From Microthrixaceae bacterium (GTDB taxonomy: Bacteria; Actinomycetota; Acidimicrobiia; Acidimicrobiales; VFJN01): a stretch of DNA of 64,000 nt. A program made the translations under genes and the position numbers. This document shows positions 55,654 to 64,000 of this stretch, in pieces. Position 1 is the first letter of the stretch. Every line of letters begins with the position of its first letter. The notes under the pieces are model-generated. The model made no database searches. It worked only from the letters and a program-made list of their open reading frames with translations, and was not told where the DNA came from. The stretch is taken from assembly GCA_052386335.1 (NCBI GenBank), contig JBQTKH010000014.1:7741-71740 (forward strand). Direction: 5' to 3'.

Positions 55654-57164
55654 CCGTCGCTCCGATCCTCGATGCCCGGGCGATCACCCAGAGGTTCGGC
55701 GATCTCGTCGCGAACGAGGCGGTCGACTTCTCGATCCGGTCGGGAGAGGTGCACGCGCTGCTGGGTGAGAACGGGGCGGGGAAGAGCACCTTGATGAAGG
55801 TCCTGTACGGGGTGAACCTGCCGCAAGCAGGCGAGGTCCGTGTGCACGGTGCCCCGATCGTGCTCGGCTCACCGGCCGAATCCCGTTCGGCTGGCATCGG
55901 AATGGTCTTCCAGGACCTGCGACTCGTGCCTGCGCTCACCGTCGCTGAGAACGTCGAGCTCGCGTGTGGCACCGGTCGCTATCGGCGCGGAGTCGCGCGC
56001 GACCGGGTGCGCGCGGGCGCCGAGCGGTACGGCCTCGCCGTGGATGCCGACGCCACCGTGCGCGATCTGTCGATCGCGGAGCGTCAGCTCGTCGAGATCC
56101 TGCGGGTCCTGCTGATGGAGGCGCAGGTGGTGATCCTCGACGAGCCCACGAGCGCGCTCGCGCCACAGGAGGTCGAAGCGCTTCTTGCCGTCATCGACCG
56201 ACTTCGAGGCGACGGTCTGGGGATTGCGCTGATCACGCACAAGCTCGGGGAGAGCCGAGCCGTGGCGGACCGGGCCACCGTGCTGCGAGGTGGGCGAATG
56301 GTGCTCTCCGGTGTCGACCCGCGCGCGCTCAGCGATGAGGAGCTGGTCGAGGCGATGGTGGGCACGGTTCCCCCGCCGCTGCCCGTCGATCGCGACCCTG
56401 CCCGTCCGGGCCCACCGGCGCTGGTCGTGAACGAGGTGTCCGTGAACGGCACCGATGGCCGGCGCCGGTTGCATGAGGTGACCTTCGTGGTGCAGCCCGG
56501 TGAGCTTGTCGGGGTGGCCGGGGTGTCAGGCAACGGACAGCGCGAGCTCCTCGATGCGGTCTTGGGGGTGGTGCCGCTCACCGCCGGCGAGATCCACATC
56601 ACCGGACGCGACATCGGGCGGCAGGGAAGGCCTCGGAACGCGCTCCGCGCCGGCGCCGTGATCGTGCCCGAGGACCCGGTGAACGACGCCGTGGTGAGCG
56701 GGCTGGCCATCCTCGAGCACCTCGCGCTCAATGGGCGCCCGTTGCCAACACGTGGGGCGCGGATCAACTGGCGTGCGGTGCGAGATCTGGTGAGCGGTAA
56801 CGACGTGTCGGAACGACTGAGCCTGGCGCCGCTCGATCGGGACGTTGCGACGCTGTCCGGCGGCAACATCCAGCGGGTCGTGCTCACCCGGACCTTCCTC
56901 GTGGACGAGCCGAACCTCCTCGTGGTCGCCTACCCGAGCCGAGGTCTCGACATCGCGTCGGTGCGAGCCACCCAGAACCTCCTGCTCGAGCGCCGAGCGG
57001 CGGGGGCGGGCGTTCTGATGGTGAGCGAGGACATCGACGAGCTGCTCTTGCTCGCTGATCGCATCCTCGTGCTGCACGACGGCCACGTCGCCGGCATCGT
57101 CCACCCGGCGACGACCGACCGCCAAGCCATCGGGCGGTTGATGCTCCAGGGGGCAGCGGCATGA
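55650..57164 (+). CDS. ABC ATPase, CUT2/nucleoside-type with two NBDs
   Basis: GENGAGKST, LDEPT, GVSGNGQ, LSGGNIQ. Confidence 0.93.
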   Translation: MTVAPILDARAITQRFGDLVANEAVDFSIRSGEVHALLGENGAGKSTLMKVLYGVNLPQAGEVRVHGAPIVLGSPAESRSAGIGMVFQDLRLVPALTVAENVELACGTGRYRRGVARDRVRAGAERYGLAVDADATVRDLSIAERQLVEILRVLLMEAQVVILDEPTSALAPQEVEALLAVIDRLRGDGLGIALITHKLGESRAVADRATVLRGGRMVLSGVDPRALSDEELVEAMVGTVPPPLPVDRDPARPGPPALVVNEVSVNGTDGRRRLHEVTFVVQPGELVGVAGVSGNGQRELLDAVLGVVPLTAGEIHITGRDIGRQGRPRNALRAGAVIVPEDPVNDAVVSGLAILEHLALNGRPLPTRGARINWRAVRDLVSGNDVSERLSLAPLDRDVATLSGGNIQRVVLTRTFLVDEPNLLVVAYPSRGLDIASVRATQNLLLERRAAGAGVLMVSEDIDELLLLADRILVLHDGHVAGIVHPATTDRQAIGRLMLQGAAA

Positions 57165-58261
57165 CCGTGCTCGGCGAGCCGCGCGCCGAGGCGCTCGCTG
57201 CGGTCGAGGTGCTGCGGCGGTCGTGGGACTCCCCAGGGTTCGGCCGGCGAGCACGGCAGGGCGCGCGATGGGCTTGCGTGCTCGGCGGGACCGTCGCCAT
57301 CTTCGCCGCCTTCCTCGTGGCAAAGGGGGCCGATCCGATCGCGGTGCTGCGATCGATGTGGGAGACCTCCGCCTCGAGCTCAGACTCCCTCGGCGAGTCC
57401 AGCCTGCGGGCCACCCCGATCGCGCTGGCCGCGCTGGCGGCAGCGGTCCCGGCGCGGGCCGGGTTGTTCAACCTGGGTGGCCAAGGGCAGCTCCTGCTCG
57501 GCGCCGTGGGCGCCTTCCTCGTGGCCAATCGGATCGACGGGCTCTCAATGCCGGTGACGCTGTTCCTGATGGCCCTCGGCGGCGCCGCCCTGGGGGCGCT
57601 GTGGGCGGCCTTGCCCGCACTGCTCAAGGTCACGACGCGCACCAACGAAGCCATCTCGGGCCTCCTGCTCAACTACATCGCCGCGCTCATCGTGACCTGG
57701 CTCTGCTTCGAGCCGTGGAAGGATCCCGCGAGCCTCGGGCAGGCCTACTCGCGCAAGCTCGAGGGCCCGGAGCGGCTCTCGGTGATCTGGGGCAACCGGG
57801 TGCACCCCGGCATCTTCCTGGCCCTTGCCGCAGCCGTCGGGTTGTGGGTCGTGCTGCGTGCCACGACATGGGGCTTCAAGCTCCGCGTGCTCGGTGGGAA
57901 CCCGTCAGCCGCGCACCGCGCGGGACTGGCCGTGGGGGGACTGTCAGTCGCCGCGATGGTGGTCGGCGGTGCCATGGCAGGGCTCGGGGGAATGATCGAG
58001 GTCGCCGGCACCGAAGGTCGACTACGGCCGGACCTTCTCGCAGGCATCGGCTTCATCGGCTTCTTGGCCTCGTGGCTGGCCCGACACGACCCGCTCAAGA
58101 TCGTGGCGTCATCGCTGTTGCTCGGCGCGATCGCAGTGGGCGGCAGCGGTCTCAAGATCACGGCGGGGCTCTCTGGCGGAGCCGTGAACATCCTCATGGC
58201 CTTGGTCCTGTTTGGCGTGCTCGGCTGGGGAGCGCGACCCGGCGCGGCGGTGCGGTCATGA
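57161..58261 (+). CDS. ABC permease (BPD_transp_2)
   Basis: AGLFNLGGQGQ, NEAISGLLLNY. Confidence 0.9.
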   Translation: MTVLGEPRAEALAAVEVLRRSWDSPGFGRRARQGARWACVLGGTVAIFAAFLVAKGADPIAVLRSMWETSASSSDSLGESSLRATPIALAALAAAVPARAGLFNLGGQGQLLLGAVGAFLVANRIDGLSMPVTLFLMALGGAALGALWAALPALLKVTTRTNEAISGLLLNYIAALIVTWLCFEPWKDPASLGQAYSRKLEGPERLSVIWGNRVHPGIFLALAAAVGLWVVLRATTWGFKLRVLGGNPSAAHRAGLAVGGLSVAAMVVGGAMAGLGGMIEVAGTEGRLRPDLLAGIGFIGFLASWLARHDPLKIVASSLLLGAIAVGGSGLKITAGLSGGAVNILMALVLFGVLGWGARPGAAVRS

Positions 58262-59160
58262 TGCTGGAGGCCGTGCTCACCGGGGCCGTGGCGGGCGGCA
58301 CGTCGCTCGTGTTCGCCGGTCTCGGGGAGCTCATCGCGGAGCGGGCGGGCGTGATCAACCTGGGCACCGAAGGTTCGATGCTCTGCGGGGCGTTGGCCGC
58401 GTATGCGGTGGGCATCACCACGGGAAGTCCGTGGCTGGGAGTGATGGGTGGCCTGTTGGCGGGCGCCGCCCTGGCATCGGTGCATGCCTTCCTCGTCTTG
58501 CACCGGAGGGCCAACCAGATCGCCGTGGGGCTGGTCGTCACGTTCCTCGGTCTCGGGATCACGGCGCTGTTCGGCCAGACCTACGTGGGTCGGGGCGTTC
58601 AGCCGATGTCGTCCTGGCCCGTGCCTGGCCTGTCCGGTCTCCCGTTCCTCGGGCCGGTGCTCTTCGATCATGACCCCCTGACCTACGCCTCCTTCCTTGC
58701 AGGCCCCGCCTTCGCCTGGATGCTGTGGCGCACGCGTGCCGGCCTCGTCCTGCGCTCAGCCGGCGAGGGTCCAGAGGTGCTCGAGATCTACGGCACGTCT
58801 GCGCGAACCGTTCGATGGGTCGCGGTCCTCGTCGGTGGTGCTCTGGCCGGCATGGGTGGCGCACAGCTCTCCACAGCCGCGACGTTGAACTGGTCCGAGG
58901 GCATGACCGTGGGGCGTGGCTACGTCGCCGTCGCCCTCGTGATCTTCGCGGGGTGGCATCCAGTGAAGCTGGCCGCTGGCGCGTACCTGTTCAGCGGCGC
59001 CATCGCCTTGCAGCTCCAGCTACAGGCACGGGGATGGGAGATCTCGCGGTACCTCCTCGAGGCGCTGCCCTACGTCACCGTGCTCGCCGTGCTGGCGCTG
59101 CTCAGCCACCGCCGACTCCACGCCGGGCCGGCGGCGCTCCAGAAGGTCTTCGACGGCTGA
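58258..59160 (+). CDS. ABC permease (BPD_transp_2)
   Basis: ERAGVINLGTEG, GRGYVAVALV, LPYV. Confidence 0.9.
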   Translation: MMLEAVLTGAVAGGTSLVFAGLGELIAERAGVINLGTEGSMLCGALAAYAVGITTGSPWLGVMGGLLAGAALASVHAFLVLHRRANQIAVGLVVTFLGLGITALFGQTYVGRGVQPMSSWPVPGLSGLPFLGPVLFDHDPLTYASFLAGPAFAWMLWRTRAGLVLRSAGEGPEVLEIYGTSARTVRWVAVLVGGALAGMGGAQLSTAATLNWSEGMTVGRGYVAVALVIFAGWHPVKLAAGAYLFSGAIALQLQLQARGWEISRYLLEALPYVTVLAVLALLSHRRLHAGPAALQKVFDG

Positions 59161-59168
59161 AGGCCGAT

Positions 59169-59207
59169 CCAACCAACCCAACCAACCCAACCCAACCAAA
59201 CCAACCC
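59169..59207 (+). repeat. 39-nt C/A-only tract of CCAA/CCCAA units
   Basis: CCAACCAACCCAACCAACCCAACCCAACCAAACCAACCC just before a GGAGG RBS. Confidence 0.9.
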
Positions 59208-59227
59208 GTTTCCGGAGGGATCTTCCA

Positions 59228-60364
59228 ATGACACGTGCTCCCCGCCTGCTGGCGGCACTGCTCGGACTCTCGCTCATTGCCGCGGCCTGCGGCAGCGACA
59301 GCGACAGCGCGACGACGGACGCCACCTCCGATGCCACAGAGAGCGGCTTCACCGTGGGCTTCATCTACGTCGGCCCCAAGGACGACTTCGGCTACAACCA
59401 GGCCGCCTACGAGGGCAGCCAAGCGGTCGCCGAGGCCTACCCCGACGTGGAGATCCTGCAGGCGGAGAACGTTCCCGAGACCGCTGAGGCCGAGGGTGTG
59501 ATGCAGGACATGATCGACAAGGGTGCCGACCTCATCTTCGCCACCAGCTACGGCCACCTCGAGTTCGCGGCGAACCTTGCAGCGGCCAACCCCGATGTTG
59601 TGTTCGTGCACCAGGGCGGCCTCGAGGGTGACCCCGAGCTCGACAACCTCGGCACGTACTTCGGCACGGTCTACGAGCCGGTGTACACGGCCGGCATCGC
59701 AGCGGGGGCGGTGACGGAGTCGAAGAAGCTGGGCTACATCTACGCCTTCCCGATCCCCCAGACCTTGGCCAACATCAACGCCTTCGCGCTCGGCGCCCAG
59801 TCCGTCGATCCCGACATCTCTGTCGTCACCGTCTCGACGGGCAGCTGGTGCGACCCCACCGTGCAGGCCGGCGCCGTCAAGAGCCTGCTCGATCAGGGCG
59901 TCGATGTGATCACGCAGCACCAGGACTGCACCAAGACGATCATCGAAGCGACAGAGGCGGCCGACGCGTACACCGTGGGCTACCACTCGGACGCCTCCGA
60001 GCTGGCGCCCAATGGCTGGATCACCGGTTCGGAGTGGAACTGGGGTCCGTTGTACGACGACATCGTCAAGACGGTGATGGCCGGCGAGTTCGCGGCAAGC
60101 CCGTACAACGGTGACTACCGCATCGGACTCCAGACCGGCGACAACCCCTTCGTGCAGTCGCCCTACGGAGCGGTCGTGACCGCAGCGATCAAGGCGAAGA
60201 TCGACGCCGCGAAGCAGTCCTTCATGGACGGTGGCTCTCCGTTCCTGGGGCCGGTGATGGGCCAGGACGGCGACCCGGTCTACGGGGCAGGGGAGCAGCC
60301 CACCTACGAGGAGGTCGAGCAGATGGACTTCTTCGTCAAGGGCGTCGTCGGCACGATCGGATAG
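59228..60364 (+). CDS. BMP-family ABC substrate-binding lipoprotein
   Basis: Lipobox AAAC; GFIYVGPKDDFGYNQA, ATSYG, NAFALGA. Confidence 0.92.
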   Translation: MTRAPRLLAALLGLSLIAAACGSDSDSATTDATSDATESGFTVGFIYVGPKDDFGYNQAAYEGSQAVAEAYPDVEILQAENVPETAEAEGVMQDMIDKGADLIFATSYGHLEFAANLAAANPDVVFVHQGGLEGDPELDNLGTYFGTVYEPVYTAGIAAGAVTESKKLGYIYAFPIPQTLANINAFALGAQSVDPDISVVTVSTGSWCDPTVQAGAVKSLLDQGVDVITQHQDCTKTIIEATEAADAYTVGYHSDASELAPNGWITGSEWNWGPLYDDIVKTVMAGEFAASPYNGDYRIGLQTGDNPFVQSPYGAVVTAAIKAKIDAAKQSFMDGGSPFLGPVMGQDGDPVYGAGEQPTYEEVEQMDFFVKGVVGTIG

Positions 60365-60370
60365 CCATCC

Positions 60371-61123
60371 GTGCCCGTCTTGCCCACGACCGCCACCGGC
60401 CAGGGCCCCGACATCGTGCTGCTGCACGGTGTCGGGGTGGGGCCGGGCGCCTTCGCTGCGCTCGCAGAGCGCCTCGCCGTCGACCACCGCGTGCTCATCA
60501 TGGAGCGCCCGGGATCCCGCGATCACGTCGTCTCCCTCGCAGCGCAGGCCGCGTCGGTGGCCGAGACGATGGTCGTCGTCGGGTGCCACGGGGCTGTCGT
60601 GGTCGGCGTGAGCGGCGGGGCGACGCTCGCGCTTGCGCTTGCCATCGACCACCCCGAGGTCGTCGGTGCGCTCGTGGTGCACGAGCCGCTCATCGGTGAG
60701 CACGCGCCTGCGCTGCACGCCCGGTTCGCGGCGGCCGCGTGCCGTGCCGCGGGGAGCGACGAGGAGGCACTGGACGTGGTTCGAGCGGTGCTCGGGCCCG
60801 GGACCTGGGGCCGCCTCGATGCCGAAGCGCGATCGCTCCTCGCCACCGGTGCGTCCTGGTGCCGCGCCGAGATCCCGTTGTTCGCAGCCTTCGCTCCGAC
60901 GGCGGATGAGCTGGCGTCGTTGAGGCGCTTCGAGGTGCTCACCACGGTGGGTGCCGAATCCGATGCCGATCGCCACGTCGTCGCCGACGCGCTCCGCGAC
61001 CTCGCGGGGGCCGTGGTGGCAGTCGTCCCGGGGGCGGGCAACGCGGTCCAGATCGACGCGCCCGCCGCCTTCGCGGCCGCCATCCGATCGTGGCGGCTGC
61101 TGGTCGGCCGGCGGTGTGTCTGA
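60371..61123 (+). CDS. Alpha/beta-hydrolase fold protein
   Basis: LLHG, GVSGG nucleophile elbow, HEP; PGAGNAV where a catalytic His is expected. Confidence 0.8.
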   Translation: MPVLPTTATGQGPDIVLLHGVGVGPGAFAALAERLAVDHRVLIMERPGSRDHVVSLAAQAASVAETMVVVGCHGAVVVGVSGGATLALALAIDHPEVVGALVVHEPLIGEHAPALHARFAAAACRAAGSDEEALDVVRAVLGPGTWGRLDAEARSLLATGASWCRAEIPLFAAFAPTADELASLRRFEVLTTVGAESDADRHVVADALRDLAGAVVAVVPGAGNAVQIDAPAAFAAAIRSWRLLVGRRCV

Positions 61124-61124
61124 G

Positions 61125-61682
61125 ATGCACGTGGAGGGCTCAGCTCCCTACCCGTGGCCCTACGACGGTCGCCTCGACGGTGCCCACCTGGCGCTCGTCC
61201 TTGCCGGCTGGGACGAGCAGTGGTCGGGACGCGCCTTCGACTCCGTGGCCGTCGGCGGGAGATGCGTGGGCCTCGCGGCCGCGGTCAGCGGGTTCGGGGG
61301 CCTCGTGATCGGCATCGCGCACCGTGGGCACGTGAGCCTCGCCGTCCCTGGCCTCGGCAGCTCGCTCGCCTCGGACGGGATCGATGCCTTCCACGGCGGC
61401 CCCCTGGATGATGTCCTTCGGAGGGGTCGTCGGACGCACCTCCTCATCGCGGGGCTTGGATTGGAGGGGCCGGTGCACTCCACGCTCCGCAGCGCGAACG
61501 ATCGAGGCTACGAGTGCCTTCTCGTGGCCGACGCCGCCGCAGCGCTCACCCCCACTCTCGCCGACGCTGCCTGCAAGACCGTGACGATGTCCGGCGGCAT
61601 CTTCGGGGCGGTGGGCACCACAGCTGCAGTGCTCGCTGCGATCACTCCCACGCTCATTCCAACGCTCGCCAAGGAGACATGA
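61125..61682 (+). CDS. Isochorismatase-like BiuH paralogue lacking catalytic residues
   Basis: [25 protein letters not shown] and MSGGIFG shared with BiuH; Cys replaced by Pro. Confidence 0.8.
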   Translation: MHVEGSAPYPWPYDGRLDGAHLALVLAGWDEQWSGRAFDSVAVGGRCVGLAAAVSGFGGLVIGIAHRGHVSLAVPGLGSSLASDGIDAFHGGPLDDVLRRGRRTHLLIAGLGLEGPVHSTLRSANDRGYECLLVADAAAALTPTLADAACKTVTMSGGIFGAVGTTAAVLAAITPTLIPTLAKET

Positions 61683-61683
61683 G

Positions 61684-62376
61684 ATGAACCCCTACGGAAC
61701 CGTCGAGGCCAACCCCTATCCATGGCCGTACGACGGGGCTATCGACCCGTCGCGGACCGCGCTCGTGAACATCGACTGGCAGACGGACTTCTGCGGCCCC
61801 GGAGGGTATGTGGATGCGATGGGCTACGACTTGGAGCTCACCCGGGCCGGGCTGGGTCCGACCGCGAAGGTGCTCGACGCCTGCCGAGATGTCGGAATGC
61901 TCGTCGTGCACACCCGAGAGGGACATGTCCCCGACCTTGCTGACTGCCCTCCCAACAAGCTCTGGCGCTCACAGCGCATCGGCGCCGGCATCGGTGATCC
62001 TGGTCCCTGTGGCCGGATCCTGGTCCGCGGCGAACCGGGATGGGACATCGTGCCCGAGGTGTACCCGATCGATGGCGAGGTGGTGATCGACAAGCCCGGC
62101 AAGGGCGCCTTCTACGCCACCGACCTCGACCTGGTGCTCCGCAACCGGTCGGTCACCCATCTGATCCTGACGGGCATCACCACCGACGTGTGCGTGCACA
62201 CGACCATGCGCGAGGCGAACGACCGCGGCTACGAGTGCCTGCTCCTCGAGGATTGCACGGGTGCCACCGACATCGGCAACTACGAGGCCGCACTGAAGAT
62301 GGTGACCATGCAGGGCGGGGTGTTCGGTGCCGTCGCCCCGTCGAGTGCGCTTCTGGGCGCGCTCGGGCGCGGCTGA
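61684..62376 (+). CDS. biuH: Biuret hydrolase (cysteine hydrolase)
   Basis: [30 protein letters not shown]; adjacent to allophanate hydrolase. Confidence 0.85.
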   Translation: MNPYGTVEANPYPWPYDGAIDPSRTALVNIDWQTDFCGPGGYVDAMGYDLELTRAGLGPTAKVLDACRDVGMLVVHTREGHVPDLADCPPNKLWRSQRIGAGIGDPGPCGRILVRGEPGWDIVPEVYPIDGEVVIDKPGKGAFYATDLDLVLRNRSVTHLILTGITTDVCVHTTMREANDRGYECLLLEDCTGATDIGNYEAALKMVTMQGGVFGAVAPSSALLGALGRG

Positions 62377-62382
62377 TCTGGG

Positions 62383-64000
62383 GTGGGTCGCTCAGGCGCC
62401 GCGCGCGCCCTCGACGGTGGCATCGCCGGTCTCCGCGCGGGCTACCGCTCCGGCCTGAGCCCGATCGAGGTCGTCGACGAGGTACTGGACCGCATCAGTC
62501 GCGACGACGACCCAGCCATCTGGATCGACGTCGAGCCGGCCGATGTGCTTCGGAGTGCCGCCGAGGCGCTGGTCGCCGGTGGAGGTGACCCCTTGCCGTT
62601 GTGGGGGATGCCCTTCGGCGTGAAGGACAACATCGACGTGGCGGGCCGCGTCACGACCGCCGCGCTTCCCGGTCGGGCACGGCGAGCGGCCCGCTCAGCG
62701 ACGGTCGTGGCCCGCCTCGTCGCCGCCGGCGCGATCTACGTCGGCAAGACCAATCTCGATCAGCTTGCGACGGGCCTGGTCGGGACGCGCTCGCCCTATG
62801 GCACGCCCCGCAACCCGCTGGATCCCTTGGTGATCCCAGGCGGTTCCTCGTCGGGATCGGCGGTCGCCGTCGCCCGCCGCCAGGTGGCGTTCGCGCTCGG
62901 CACCGACACCGCGGGTTCGGGTCGCGTGCCGGCCGCCTTGTGCGGGGTCGTCGGACTGAAGGGCGCACCCGGCACGCGACCGCTCGATGGCGTGCTCCCT
63001 GCGAGCCCCACGATCGATTGCGTCTCCACCTTCGCGACCACGATTGCCGATGGTCTCGAGGTGGAGGGAGTGCTGGCCGGTCGGCCGTGGCCGGTCGCAA
63101 CAGGCCCGGTCAGGATCGGAGCATCGGATCCAGACCGACCCGAGCTGGCCGCCCTGCGTGCGCGTGGCGACGCGGTATCGCCGGTGGATCTGCGCCCGTT
63201 TCGCGAGGTTGGTGACCTTCTCTACGGCGGCGCCCTCCTCGCGGAGCGAACCGCGGTGCTCGGCCCGATGCTGGCGGATGATCCGGCCGGCTTCGATGCA
63301 GTCGTGCGTCGGGTCGTCCAACGTGGCGCTGCATACCGAGGCACGGAGGTGTTCGATGCACAACGCCGACTCCAGGCGCTACGAGCTGACCTCGCGCATA
63401 CCTGGAACGAGGTCGACGTGCTCGTCGTCCAAACCGTCGAGTGGGTTCCGGGTCTCAACGAGGTCCAAGCCGATCCCATCGGCACCAACGAGCGCCTCGG
63501 CAGGAACACCAGCTTCGCGAACCTGCTCGGACTGGCCGCGATCGCCGTGCCCGCGGCGACCGGGCCCGGCGGTGTCACTGTGCTCGCCCCTCCCTCCCGG
63601 ATGGGCGCGATCGCTGCGGTGGCCGGTCGATTGCGGCGAGAGTCCCTCGCCGTCAGTGGCGCCGACCAAGAGGGACGGCATCAGCTCGCGGTGGTTGGCG
63701 CGCACCTCACCGGCCAGCCCCTCAACCACGAGCTCACCGAGCGTGGGGCCGAGCTGGTCGAGCGGACGACTACCTCGGCCCGCTACCGCCTCTACTGCCT
63801 CGGTGGCGGCCCACCGGCGCGGCCCGGTCTCGAACGCGTGGGCAACGGTGGAGTGGAGATGCCGGTGGAGGTGTGGAGCCTGGATGACGCAGCGCTCGGA
63901 GCGCTCACAGCCGGCGTGGCTCGGCCCTTGGGGATCGGCTCAGTCGAGCTCACTGGCGGTCGATGGGTGCGCGGCTTCATCTGTGAGCCGTATGGGTTGG
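62383..64000 (+). CDS. atzF: Allophanate hydrolase (runs off right edge)
   Basis: Manual translation: PFGVKDNIDVAG, GKTNLDQLATGLVGTRSPYG, GGSSSGS, GTDTAGSGRVPA, AVVGAHLTGQPLN, GFICE. Confidence 0.92.
   Translation, partial: MGRSGAARALDGGIAGLRAGYRSGLSPIEVVDEVLDRISRDDDPAIWIDVEPADVLRSAAEALVAGGGDPLPLWGMPFGVKDNIDVAGRVTTAALPGRARRAARSATVVARLVAAGAIYVGKTNLDQLATGLVGTRSPYGTPRNPLDPLVIPGGSSSGSAVAVARRQVAFALGTDTAGSGRVPAALCGVVGLKGAPGTRPLDGVLPASPTIDCVSTFATTIADGLEVEGVLAGRPWPVATGPVRIGASDPDRPELAALRARGDAVSPVDLRPFREVGDLLYGGALLAERTAVLGPMLADDPAGFDAVVRRVVQRGAAYRGTEVFDAQRRLQALRADLAHTWNEVDVLVVQTVEWVPGLNEVQADPIGTNERLGRNTSFANLLGLAAIAVPAATGPGGVTVLAPPSRMGAIAAVAGRLRRESLAVSGADQEGRHQLAVVGAHLTGQPLNHELTERGAELVERTTTSARYRLYCLGGGPPARPGLERVGNGGVEMPVEVWSLDDAALGALTAGVARPLGIGSVELTGGRWVRGFICEPYGL

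Noticed and set aside
61125..61682. Triuret hydrolase (trtA) call
   Set aside because: The catalytic Cys and Lys of cysteine hydrolases are absent

Overview
High-GC actinobacterial chromosome segment, probably Acidimicrobiia-like (inferred from gene content and apparent leaderless starts). It is densely coding, and I recognised no rRNA, tRNA, CRISPR array or transposase. (1) 1-14086 is a partly decaying copper/metal island. It holds an ABC permease operon with small His/Cys/Met proteins, a DosS/DosR-like two-component pair, a Cys-rich receiver-like protein, a cupredoxin-CopA-YHS ATPase, a Rip3-like protease, an MFS transporter, a cyclase-YHS fusion, an unannotated 38-aa 7-Cys peptide, a dead cupredoxin gene and a Met-heptad lipoprotein. 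(2) 14-33 kb holds catabolic genes: a CoA transferase, ArsR plus a membrane protein with two PmoC-like motifs, BVMO-SDR-lactonase, a SpoIIE-type phosphatase and an amidohydrolase/ADC/P450 cluster. (3) 33193-36113 is the strongest candidate for an undescribed system. It is a coupled pair of secreted proteins: a PHM-like copper monooxygenase fused to a blue-copper domain, and a blue-copper/beta-propeller dehydrogenase-like protein. (4) 36-55 kb holds DeaD, a TetR/EthA-like lipid operon, a gamma-glutamylation operon, two arylsulfatases and a thiolase. (5) 55-64 kb is a GntR-BMP ABC-biuret hydrolase-allophanate hydrolase operon containing two apparent pseudoenzymes. All calls come from reading motifs by eye; no searches were run.
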